A stretch of 64,000 nt of DNA from Psammoneis japonica (lineage: Eukaryota): positions 1 through 64,000 of the forward strand of contig QPGO01000240.1 of assembly GCA_008632985.1 (NCBI GenBank), written 5' to 3'. The translations under genes were made by a program, and so were the position numbers. The notes below the pieces were generated by a model, which worked only from the letters and a program-made list of their open reading frames with translations, did no database searches and was not told the origin of the DNA. Of the stretch, positions 50,866 through 61,315 are shown one piece after another (positions within the stretch are counted from its first letter, which is position 1; each line of letters starts with the position of its first letter).

Positions 50866-51186
50866 TCAAGGCTGATACATCCAATTGATACGGGGAGCAT
50901 TGGGGGGGATCTCGGTCCTGTCCATCACTTGTAGCATGAACTGCGTCATCAGGTCCATGTCCTTCTCTCGCTTCCTCGAAGCATCGTCGTCACAAGTCTT
51001 GGTGGAGGAAGACTTGGAGGTCTTGCTTGACGAGTCGTCTTCGGCTTGGCTCTCTGATTCGTTACTGCTCGGTTCCGTGGATTTCGCCAACACTGCTCCT
51101 CCGACTCGAAACCCAAACGCCACGTCTTGGTCGTCAAAGGGAATGACCTCGTTGTGTTCCGCGGGCTTCTTCGTCTTGATCTTCAT
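50866..51186 (-). CDS. Small hypothetical protein (106 aa)
   Basis: ATG-initiated ORF with codon usage like the neighbouring genes and a Ser/acidic middle region. Confidence 0.55.
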   Translation of the reverse strand: MKIKTKKPAEHNEVIPFDDQDVAFGFRVGGAVLAKSTEPSSNESESQAEDDSSSKTSKSSSTKTCDDDASRKREKDMDLMTQFMLQVMDRTEIPPNAPRINWMYQP

Positions 51187-51635
51187 TGCAATGATAAGGT
51201 CGGCCGTGGTGATTCAAAACAAACGTTGTCTGCAAAAGTGAGCGGTCGTTTGAAACGGCGGTTGCTTCGTTTTGGCGTCTTTGCGTGTAGAAACTGCACC
51301 TACGCGAATTCAGTACTGAAAGCTACGTAAAGTAGGCCCAATCGAGATGCTCTCGTAGCTTTCAGCTTCTTCCATCTAGCTGGTTCCGCAATCTTAATTC
51401 TACAAGTGCAAGGAGAAATCATCGACAATGAGATCGTCACATTGGTGTTGTTGCATGTCGAGGACCTACATACGATGTTTTGGGGCGGAAAATGTCAGTC
51501 TTTTGATTTGTTTTTGATGCAAGTCTACTAGATGAATTCTACAACCTACAAGGTGCACCGCCAAGTCGCGAAGCATTGATACGAAGGTTTTATTCATAAA
51601 TCAAGTCTAGGGGAGAATCGTGGTTTTCGGTAGAG

Positions 51636-52172
51636 CTACAGTCCGATGTTCAATCCATTGCGTGCAAACGATTTTAGGATGGAACTCATTTCGCGACCCT
51701 TCGTTCGTGCTTGTTTCGACATTGATTGCACGGTTTTATTGGGCGGATCATTTTCCTTGGTTGGTGTACTGAATTCATTTTGTTCTTTTTGTCGAGAAGT
51801 TTTACTCGCCGACTCAATAATGCCCCTAACAGTGACGATGAATTGATCGTGTCCCTCGGCGTCTGTCCTTGTGCTTGCGTGTTCGTTGTCCGTGTCGGAG
51901 GATCCGACACCTAGCACTTTGTCGTTCCATCTCTGAAGAAATGGTCGTGGGACGCCATTAAAGTTCCAAGATGGGAGTTGCTTTCCGGACACAACATTAT
52001 CGTGAGGGACGTAGATTGGGTCGTCCACGCAAGCAATTCCCCGCGGAACGTCACAACCACGCACAATAACGTCGCCGTCATTGTTGCGAGAAATAGCATG
52101 TGCCGCAGATTTCCTTTTCAACGTTGCTGCACTCTGATCCATGTCGTTATCCTCTTTCTTCGCTACTTCCAT
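51636..52172 (-). CDS. Hypothetical protein (178 aa)
   Basis: ATG-initiated ORF, divergently oriented from the next gene. No recognised motif. Confidence 0.55.
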   Translation of the reverse strand: MEVAKKEDNDMDQSAATLKRKSAAHAISRNNDGDVIVRGCDVPRGIACVDDPIYVPHDNVVSGKQLPSWNFNGVPRPFLQRWNDKVLGVGSSDTDNEHASTRTDAEGHDQFIVTVRGIIESASKTSRQKEQNEFSTPTKENDPPNKTVQSMSKQARTKGREMSSILKSFARNGLNIGL

Positions 52173-52511
52173 TGTACACGATCAATCTCTAAACGATATG
52201 AATATAGGGCCGTCGTTGCGTTCTCGTTCAGCGAAAAGTGTTGGCTCTCGCTCGGATCGAGATCAAAACTTGGCAGTTGGCAGTTGGTGGGGTTTTGGTT
52301 TGCCCATCGAGCTCCTTTTTATGTTGCCTATTCGAGCTCGAAGATTATTAGCATTTAAGATACGAATAGTTATATAAAGTTCCAACGGACAAATCAATCA
52401 CGCGCTGGCTTCGCGAGCTCTCTGCGGATCTCTTGCTTTTTTCGCGTTGGCTTGCGGTCGCATTCACCATGACAACTGCCTCATCATTTGACATCAAAAT
52501 TGACGGGCACC

Positions 52512-53879
52512 ATGATGTCATCTGACGACGCTGACGATGAAATCCGCCCGTGGGCCGAGTCGGAAGTGGTAATTTATCAGAATGAGCGCTTCTGGGTTGG
52601 AGGGGGCTTTTCAAAATCCGGATTGCTTCCAACAGATCGCCGGCCGTATTCAACGGACGATGGATCCATGTCTTGGAAGACGATGGAGCTTGCGAGTGCT
52701 GCAATGTTGCAAAAGGGGTGGGATTATGTCGATCCAGAGTTTTTACCCCCTGACGATGAAGTGGAGGGAGGTTGGTACTATTCATCGGACTTTTCGTCCA
52801 ATTCTCTCAGGACTGCATCGCAAAGAAGAAGAAAGCTCACAGACTTTGTGCGACGACGCAAATTGATTAGAAAGACAAAATTTGCGCCCGAACAGTTCTT
52901 GCCTTTTGAGGTCTATTCAAAATGTGATCACTGTGATTCTACGGTTACCGAAAAGCTGTCATTAAAAATGCTCGAAACCTTCGCACAAGTTACGCAGCTC
53001 CAAAAAAACAACGCGCAGCACGTGCTCACAGATGCAGTCGCTATGCCTCTGAAAGTGAAAATGATAGAAGCACTTGGAATTGGATCGCCATTGCCCGATG
53101 AGCCTGAAGATCCTTTGGATCGTCTCGAGGCTCTGTACAAGGAGCTAGACGAATTCCCCAAAACGCAGCAGTCTGTCTTGTCCAAAGCATATCATTTGTT
53201 TGAGAATGCAAGTGACGAAGAAGCACACCAAACGTATATATCTAAAAGATACTTTCCGAAGGAAGAGCGTGACGCAATCGCAAGCCTAGTTGTACGCCAT
53301 GTTGATCCAGAATACAAGCTTCACTGTGATAAGAGTTTGTGTGGAGATCATTGCGAGTTCTATCCGGTTGCTTGCACAAACAACCGCTGTGACCGAGTCA
53401 TATCACAGAAACACCTTTCTGAACATGATAACATTTGTGGCTTCAAAATAATATCATGCCCTGATGGATGCGGAGACCAGTTCCCTCGTTGCAAGCAGGT
53501 GGTTCATCTCCAGGAAGCCTGTTCTCTCCGCCAAGTTTGCTGCCCATTTCAAAGTATTGGCTGTACAGTCATGACGCAGGCAAAGGATGCAGAAAAGCAC
53601 ATGGTGGAGAATTCGAGCGGTCACCTACTAATGGCAATGAATCGTATGCTCGAGTACCAAACCTTTATGATTCAACTGAACGGCCGGATGCAAGAACTGG
53701 AAAAGGAAAACGAGGCTCTGAAAAAACAAATCGAAGCAGACAACGACAGACACATGAAGAGTGTTACCGGTGTCGAATCAAATCTGAAATCGCTTACGAA
53801 AAAGGTGTCAGCTCTGGACAGCCATTGCAAGTCAGAATTCAAAAAGATTCATCGGCAGGAGCGAAAACACATGAAGTAG
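52512..53879 (+). CDS. DysF (dysferlin/Pex24-like) domain + TRAF-type zinc fingers + coiled coil
   Basis: DysF: IYQNER..LLPTDRRPYS..GW..GWYYSSDF..DFVRRRK. TRAF-type fingers: CEFYPVACTNNRC..LSEHDNICGFKIISCPDGC..HLQEACSLRQVCCPFQSIGC..EKHM. Confidence 0.8.
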   Translation: MMSSDDADDEIRPWAESEVVIYQNERFWVGGGFSKSGLLPTDRRPYSTDDGSMSWKTMELASAAMLQKGWDYVDPEFLPPDDEVEGGWYYSSDFSSNSLRTASQRRRKLTDFVRRRKLIRKTKFAPEQFLPFEVYSKCDHCDSTVTEKLSLKMLETFAQVTQLQKNNAQHVLTDAVAMPLKVKMIEALGIGSPLPDEPEDPLDRLEALYKELDEFPKTQQSVLSKAYHLFENASDEEAHQTYISKRYFPKEERDAIASLVVRHVDPEYKLHCDKSLCGDHCEFYPVACTNNRCDRVISQKHLSEHDNICGFKIISCPDGCGDQFPRCKQVVHLQEACSLRQVCCPFQSIGCTVMTQAKDAEKHMVENSSGHLLMAMNRMLEYQTFMIQLNGRMQELEKENEALKKQIEADNDRHMKSVTGVESNLKSLTKKVSALDSHCKSEFKKIHRQERKHMK

Positions 53880-54799
53880 TTTTGAATCCGCCGGCAAGGT
53901 CGTCGATCGCTTCTTTTCGCAGTCGACTTTTCTCAGCTTGATAGGTGTTGGCATCAAGTCAGATAGACCACGAAACAGTAAACTCTAGATAGAAGTTCCT
54001 TTTTTCGAGAAAATTTGATCGAGCGGGACTTGGAGATAACCATTTGCTGCCTCAAGTATTTTACGTCGTTTTTCATATCATGCCATGGTACGGAAGTGAG
54101 ACTATAATCGAAAAGGCTATACTGTGGAGAACCGCTAGCATGTTATCTTGCGCTGCGTTGTTTCAACTCAAATATGGTAACAATAACCATACCTAGCTTG
54201 GGAATGTTATTGTTATTGTTCACGTTATCATCACGATTCGACTGTCACGTGTCGCCTGCAACAATATGCTCTCACCTTGTCAATCCACGATGCTGACTTT
54301 CGCAGATGCGGCAGTGGTGACCGTGCGCTTAGATTTTGAAATGTGAACAGACAAGAGAGTAACCTGGGGGGTGATTTTGTGATGACAACAAACAACAAAC
54401 ACAGCTCTAAAAAAAAAAAAAAAAATCACTATGGAAAATTGAATAGTTTTACTACATGGCATCGATTGAAAAACATACAATTCGTTATGTCCTATATCAC
54501 TAGTACAGTACTGTACATATTAGTCGATAAATAAGCCACATAGTGTACATTCTATATCATAAAATGCTCTGAATAGAGAATAATGTTCTCTTTTTAGGAT
54601 AGAGGAACTTTCTTCGCGCGATTTTTGTTTGAAAGCAGCGCGTGCCATCAAACAAAAACAAGAATCAATCGCATTTTGGATTTGCGATGACCCTTCTCCC
54701 TTCTCAAAAACATGAGGCGTGTCGACCTTTCCTGTCTTGACCAAAAACAGAAACAAGGAAACTCCATCACTCTTTTTCCTTAGAGCGACTATCGAAGCC

Positions 54800-56017
54800 A
54801 TGTCGGTTGTCTGGAGAAACGATGAATTAGTTGCTACAGAAGAGTTGGAAGCCGCATACACACGCAAGCAACGATTACAATTAGAATTGTACTTTCGAAG
54901 CAGGGGAGAGGAGCAAGCTACGGTAATCGCTGATGCACTTCACAACAGTCCTCCTCAAGAATTGATTCTTCGTGATAGAGAGTTGGGAGACAATGGAGTT
55001 CGAGTACTGGTGAATGGTTTACTGCGCACGAAGTCTCGAGACGTAACACTTGAGCTTTCCGGCAACGCCATTCGGTTCCAAGGAGCATTCATGCTAGGTG
55101 TGCTTTTGGCAGGAAGCACCACTTTGAAAGTCCTTCGGTTGCGCGAAAATCAGATAGGATCATTTGGAATCACTTCGTTCGCGCCTCTACTCGCTGAGAA
55201 TGCTTGCCTTGCAGAGCTTGTTCTAAGTCAGAACCAAATTGATGATGACGGGGCTGCGGCACTTGGTGCCGCCCTTGCGGTCAACCAGACTTTGAAAAAC
55301 TTGCAATTGGGTCGCAATCGGATTTCAGATAATGGAGTAGGCTCGATTGCAAACGGGCTCCGAAACAACACTGGACTTGCGGAGCTGGGCTTGTGTCGAA
55401 ATCGTATCGGACCTCAAGGTTGCTTTGCATTGGAAATGCTGTTACGAATCAACCGTACCTTGACTCATCTGCAGCTCTATGGCAATGAAATTGGAAATGA
55501 TGGTCTAACTACAATCGCAAATGGGCTTGCACACAACAGGACTTTGAAATTTCTAGGGGTGGGACAGAACGGGATTGGCGATGACGGAGCAGCTTCCGCA
55601 GCTGCTTGTTTACAGACGTCGGCGCTGGCGAGTCTCTGTTTAGTAAGTAACCGGATAGGCGACGATGGAACCGTTTCACTCGCCCAAGCGCTTCGACATG
55701 AACCATTGCTCGCAAACCTGCGTTTGAATGACAATCGAATCGGTTCAACGGGTGCGACTGCGTTGGCCTCGTGTCTAAGAGAAACGAATACGATCCTCGA
55801 GCACGTTGAAATTGAACAAAACCAGTTCGACAACATGTCGTTCCCATCGCAAGAAATTCAATTTTACACCGAGTTAAATAGAAATGGCCGAGGTTTGCTT
55901 CGATACCCGGATCAGCCTGTTGCCATGTGGCCGTTCGTTCTGCACAGGTGTTCACAGCCAGCATTGCAATTCTACTTTTTGCGAGAAAACCCAGACATTT
56001 TCAAACGAGACCAGTGA
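54800..56017 (+). CDS. RI-like (NLRC3-type) leucine-rich-repeat protein with a diatom-type C-terminal domain
   Basis: About ten 28-aa repeats LxxLxLxxNxIGDDGAxALAxAL. Tail EIQFYTELNRNGRGLL..MWPFVL..YFLRENPDIF. Confidence 0.9.
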   Translation: MSVVWRNDELVATEELEAAYTRKQRLQLELYFRSRGEEQATVIADALHNSPPQELILRDRELGDNGVRVLVNGLLRTKSRDVTLELSGNAIRFQGAFMLGVLLAGSTTLKVLRLRENQIGSFGITSFAPLLAENACLAELVLSQNQIDDDGAAALGAALAVNQTLKNLQLGRNRISDNGVGSIANGLRNNTGLAELGLCRNRIGPQGCFALEMLLRINRTLTHLQLYGNEIGNDGLTTIANGLAHNRTLKFLGVGQNGIGDDGAASAAACLQTSALASLCLVSNRIGDDGTVSLAQALRHEPLLANLRLNDNRIGSTGATALASCLRETNTILEHVEIEQNQFDNMSFPSQEIQFYTELNRNGRGLLRYPDQPVAMWPFVLHRCSQPALQFYFLRENPDIFKRDQ

Positions 56018-56199
56018 GGTGCTTCGCAACACTATGTGCTGCAAAAAAATTCTCGGGAACTCAAAGCTAGAGAATAGGTCTCGGAATTTGGGAGTTTGGA
56101 GTGAAGTTTGGTGTATGATGGCGGATACAATGATGTCTATCTCGTGATCCCACGCAGAGATTCACCAAAGACTTGCTATGGTGTGCACATTAAGCATTA

Positions 56200-56775
56200 C
56201 TATGATTCAGTTAACTCAAACTTTTCAGCGTGCTGATCCATAAGACGTTGTCTTTCCTGACGCTGAACCTCTTCAACGTCTGACTTTATCGAATGCGCCG
56301 CTAGAACGGTCCAACTCATTCGTCCCATGCCTCCTTTTCGAACCCATTCATCCATAGTCATGGTACCACCGGCGGTCTTTCTGTAAACAATCTCATCTTC
56401 TTGCTGTTGCTGCTCAAGTCGCCTTTCTTCCGTTGCTTCTATAATTGAGGGCGGTACGTGGATTGATCTTTGTGACCACAGAGCATGTGCCAAAAGTCGA
56501 GGATAGCGCTCGGCAAATAATAGTGCTTCTCTTTTCGATGCCATCCAATGAGCGCAGAGGCCAGCGGAATAACCCACCCAAGATCCACAAAGAAAAGGCA
56601 CCAATGGTCCTGTCGACAAGGCAATCGCTCCAACCTGTCCACATACCATTCCTAAAGTCATGCTACTCAATGTGCAGTACACCAGAGTCTCTCCCACAAA
56701 CCGAGCGCGAGCTGGAATGTTCACCCCTGATAACCTCACCAGTGACCCTATTCCTTCGAATTGAGATTCGTCCAT
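56200..56775 (-). CDS. Hypothetical membrane protein
   Basis: ATG at 56775. Gly-rich hydrophobic hairpin followed by a charged C-terminus. Confidence 0.65.
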   Translation of the reverse strand: MDESQFEGIGSLVRLSGVNIPARARFVGETLVYCTLSSMTLGMVCGQVGAIALSTGPLVPFLCGSWVGYSAGLCAHWMASKREALLFAERYPRLLAHALWSQRSIHVPPSIIEATEERRLEQQQQEDEIVYRKTAGGTMTMDEWVRKGGMGRMSWTVLAAHSIKSDVEEVQRQERQRLMDQHAEKFELTES

Positions 56776-57098
56776 CTTTATATATACCACCCCTCACTTC
56801 GAGAGTACCATACGATGCTGTCTAATAGTGTTGGGGACAATCGCTTTATGGCATCTATTGAGCATTGATCGAATCACACACAGAAAATGCTGTTGCGCTT
56901 ATTGCGCGATCTTTTCGCGGATTTTTCGAAATAGTAAATATTTCTTCAATCACGAATATATTTCATGATTCGATGAACACTCTGGTTCGTCTCAGATCAA
57001 ACTTCCGACCAACGAATTGGAAGGAGTTTCATGTTTCATTCGTTGCACTGCACACTGGCAGCAAAGAAAGCCGGTGTTTCGTTCATCTGTTGCTTAAA

Positions 57099-58059
57099 AT
57101 GGTGGCATTAGCACCGGACGCGGACACATCAGCCGTGCCAGAATCAGACAAAGCGTGCAAGCGAACCATTTTAAAAAGATGCGTTCGTCGTATAGTGGTA
57201 CTTCCGCGCTTCCTGAGCGCATCTACGTCTCATGATGCTTGGTTGCGAGGAAAACCATCCTTACGGCCCTTCCGAACACACTGCGGAAATGTTCCTGTCC
57301 ATTATCTGTAGAACATTGGAACAGAAACAGGAGGAATGTGATTGGATCGTAACAATTTCCGTGTACAGAGTCCAGCTGTTTGATTACCCTCAATCGGAGG
57401 AGGAGTGGGACAGCTACGATGGAATTTTGTTGCCAGGATCTTTATCGGGAGCTTACGAAAAGAAGGAATGGATAGAAAAGCTTTGTAACGTTATCCCCAC
57501 GGAAATACATGGCAAGAGTCGCAAAACATTGGGTGTTTGCTTTGGTCACCAGGTGTACGCTCATTCATTCTCCGGTGGCCAAGCTACCAAATGCCCCGCA
57601 GGACTTCAGACGGGACGACGCACTGTCTCCTTGACAGCAGAAGCAGCAAAAATCTTTGCAGAAGAAAGCGCTCTCGAATTGCTCTTTACACACGGCGACA
57701 TGGTGCAGCGCCTACCCGATTGCGCTGTTGCATTGGGAGAAACGCAAGCTGTCCCCGTTCAAGCTGCAGCATATTTTAGATCTGCACGGGAGAAAGAACT
57801 GTTTTTGTCGACAAATGAAGAACAGAAAAGACCACGACCAATTGCCATTACCTTTCAGGCTCATCCTGAATACGCTGATCAGGAACTAGGGGTGAACCAA
57901 ACACTGAAACCAATTTTGGAGAAGTTTGTAAAAGGCGGGGAAATGACTCTAGAAGAAGCGGAATCGACACAGCAGGATGTGTCAGACAATTATGCCACGG
58001 TAGAGAATCATAGTTTAGATGTCATGAGGGATGTTGGAAGGATATTTGGGTGGTTCTAG
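57099..58059 (+). CDS. Class I glutamine amidotransferase-like protein (frame break near 57216-57231)
   Basis: YDGILLPGS, nucleophile elbow LGVCFGHQ, HGDMV, and FQAHPE (Cys-His-Glu triad). Confidence 0.85.
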
Positions 58060-58419
58060 GAACAGTCCGTGATCGAGGGAAAAAAGGCTACAATTGCCAT
58101 GATGATTGATTTTCATCCATTCCATTGGCACAGACACTTATGCCGCATCCAGCAATAGAATTCTTAGTGTTGTTTTAGCGAGTTTGTTCCCCCCAGCTCT
58201 CTACTCTAGCTAGACAGCCGCAACGCACATGTTTGATGTGAATGGCACCGCTCTCAACTCTCTTCACAAGTCACAGGTGAGCAGTGGTTATACTAAGTGC
58301 AGAGTTAAAGAGCCCATTGGGAATGTAAGGGAACAGCAGAAGGAGGCACAGAAGCAGCTGTAACAGCGGAATAGCAGAAGGGATGTACAACACAGCATGC
58401 AGGGCATTTAGCAAAAGGG

Positions 58420-61130
58420 GCAGGAGATCAGTCAGTGCAGAGGGAGGAGGCAAAACAAAGAGCATGCATGGAAAGATGATGCACAAGGTTGCACCCAAGT
58501 GTTTGAACAGCCCATTGGGAGGGAGAAGCAGTGTGATGGGGGCTGCCAAAGCAGTTGCTGGAGAGACAGTTCCAGGCAAAATCAGCAGAGCAGAAGGAAG
58601 GAGGGTGGAAGGGGAGGTTGGGGCACAGAGAAAGGCAGAAAAAGAAGCACCTGAGTTGCGAACAGCAGAGGAGGAAGACCAGGGAGGCTTGGGTGCAGGT
58701 GGGTGAGAGCACAGAGCCAAAGAGAAATCAATGGCAAAAGAAGCCAAGGCCACCAAGATGGTCAAAAGTGAAGGGAACCAACAAGAGAGGAAGGAAGAAC
58801 AGACAGGTGCAGCAGCTTGCACTGGGTGGCAATGTGGCATGGGCATCAGATGCAAGCTGAGAGCTCAGGAAGTGGCAGGGGAGGGAGCAAAGAGGGAGGC
58901 TGGTCAATGAGGAGAGAAGAGATGGCAAAGAGCCCTGCACATTGAAGGAAGGAGGATCAGCAAGAGCAGCAGCAGCAACCACATCCTGCCAATGTCATGG
59001 CAGAGATGGCATGCCAAGCTGGAAAGAGCTGCTGTGGAACCTGTGCCAACAACACCGTGCAAGGCACAGACGGTTCTGGCAGGCAATGCAGCACGAATGC
59101 CACTGAAGTTGAGGGATGTGCAGCTGCTCACCTGACAGAGGGCAGGGCTCACAGCAGCTCAAAAGATCCAAGGACATTCTCATTGTTGCAAGAAAGCCCA
59201 AAAGCAAGTGAGAAAACACCCGCTGTGGCAGTCATGCACTCCATTGGAGTCCCTGATGCCGGGTCAGCAAGAACAAGAGCAGCTGTCATGATGTTCTGTG
59301 CCCCCACATTTCCTTGAAAAAAGTGCTCAAGCTCTCTGCTTCTGCACATGATGTTGGCAAAAGAAAGGTCACTTGAGCAACTCACCTCTTGCCATGCAGC
59401 CTGCTGTGCTTGTGCAAAGAGAAACTCATCAGATGTGCAGCCACCACTGCCTTGCCAGCAAAAAAAAAACTCAAACCCAAATGTTGAGTGCTTTTGCACC
59501 TTTGCCCAGCAACACCATTGCAGGCTCCAACCCACACTTCCAGCGCACCCTGCTGGGGGTGCAGCAGAAGTTTTCATGCAATTGGTCGCTTGGTGCACCA
59601 CTTTGCAGAGTGGCACACACCAGAGACAACCAGTTGAGATGAATTGCACAGAAATGAGACTGTTGTTTTCTTTTTAAGAGGGTGTGCCAGAGCACCCAAA
59701 CTGCCACAGCAAAGGAGGACAATCACACCAAGAAGAGGGCGCAAAGTCAGCACAAACTCTGAAAGAAAAACCTTGCTTCCAAGGATGAGCATTGTCTTCA
59801 ACAAAGACTGACTCTGGGTTTCACAGTTGTGTGTGCCAAAACAAAAACAAACCATTTGCCACTCAGAGGAGTGGCAAGGTTGGCAGGCCAACAGGGAGAA
59901 GATGGGGTGTTCAGAACTTGCAGGTGTGAAATGAGGAGCCTTGATGATGGTGATGAGAAGGACATTGGAAGCAACATTGTTCTCATGCAGAATTGATGTT
60001 GAATCTTGCACAGGTGTGCAAATCTGCACAGCAAATGGATGGTTGTCAGGTGGCGCCAATGGCTCATCCAAATGAGCACTTGCAAGCACCACAGCAGGGG
60101 CAGAGCTGTCACCACGTGAGGCAAAGAAGAAGGACTTGAGCAGCAGGCAGGAGAAAAAGAAACTGTTGTGGGCTGACGCCGGGCATGGATGGAAGATGGA
60201 AGATGATCACATCAAAGACATTGTGGTCATTGGGGTGGGCATTTCTGAAACACATGGAACTTGCACTGGGTCCTGTGCAGAAAATGCACCAAATCTGCAA
60301 AAAATTGCTCAGTTGGACAACAAGCATGCAAGCCACAAGGCATCAATGCCAGTTGTTTTTCACTGAAAATTGTTGTGCATTGTGCTGAAATGAGGGTGCG
60401 CCAATGACAGAAATGGTCAAAAGGGTGTCAGGGGAGGACACAGCAAAATGCCATCTGAAAAGGGTGATGTCAGGAAGTGTCTCGCCAGCAGAGCCCATGT
60501 GCTGCAGCTTTGCGGCCAAGGAGAGAAGCTCCCAACCTCTGGAGCACCTGTGGCACCTGGCTTCCAAGCTGGTGACAGGGTGGCCACAACCAACAGGGGG
60601 GCACTTCTCTGTTGGCAGGCTTTGAACGGGGCATGTTGACACCCAGATGCACTCGAAAATCCTGCAGCTGAGAGGGCATGTGNNNNNNNNNNNNNNNNNN
60701 NNNNNNNNNNNNNNNNNNNNNNNNNNNNNNNNNNNNNNNNNNNNNNNNNNNNNNNNNNNNNNNNNNNNNNNNNNNNNNNNNNNNNNNNNNNNNNNNNNNN
60801 NNNNNNNNNNNNNNNNNNNNNNNNNNNNNNNNNNNNNNNNNNNNNNNNNNNNNNNNNNNNNNNNNNNNNNNNNNNNNNNNNNNNNNNNNNNNNNNNNNNT
60901 GTTCCTTTCAAGTCACACTTTGCAGCTGTTGTGGGGCAGAGCACCGCATCCCTCCACCACCAGCAGTTGGGCCAGATCAAAGTGATGAAAGCATGGCATC
61001 TCACCACTTCATTGACCCAGACAGCTGGCAAAAAAAAAAAGAGCTCTCTCCTGAAGAGAAAAGGAGTGGCATTTGAAGTGTTGACTTTTCATTGCACAGG
61101 TGACATCATCTTTGTAAAAACTGCCAGTTG
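58420..61130. other. TpA- and CpG-depleted hypermutated block (unrecognisable degenerate repeat/TE DNA)
   Basis: TpA falls off over 58270-58420 and is then nearly absent (seen at about 59675 and 61115). CpG is rare. Many spurious Cys/His/Gln-rich ORFs. Confidence 0.85.
60683..60899. other. Assembly gap (217 N)
   Basis: Run of N characters. Confidence 1.
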
Positions 61131-61315
61131 TTTTGGAAAAACCGTCATCGTCATCAGCTGCACTGTGTGCAGAACTGCAAATGCCAATGTCAGAAGAAGT
61201 GCGCACGGCTTTCCCAAAGACCATTTCCGTGCGCGTCTCGAACCCTGTCTTTTTTGTCGTTCGCTCAAGAGATTCTGGATTCACATTGCTTTTTCTCAAC
61301 AAGACAAAACCCAAA

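Noticed and set aside
54719..56017. Full NLR immune receptor
   Set aside because: Only LRRs are present, with no NACHT or NB-ARC P-loop domain.
58271..61130. Overlapping ORFs as genes, or as a named transposon
   Set aside because: I found no RT, integrase, transposase or helicase motif, and no TIR or LTR. The ORFs are explained by stop-codon depletion.
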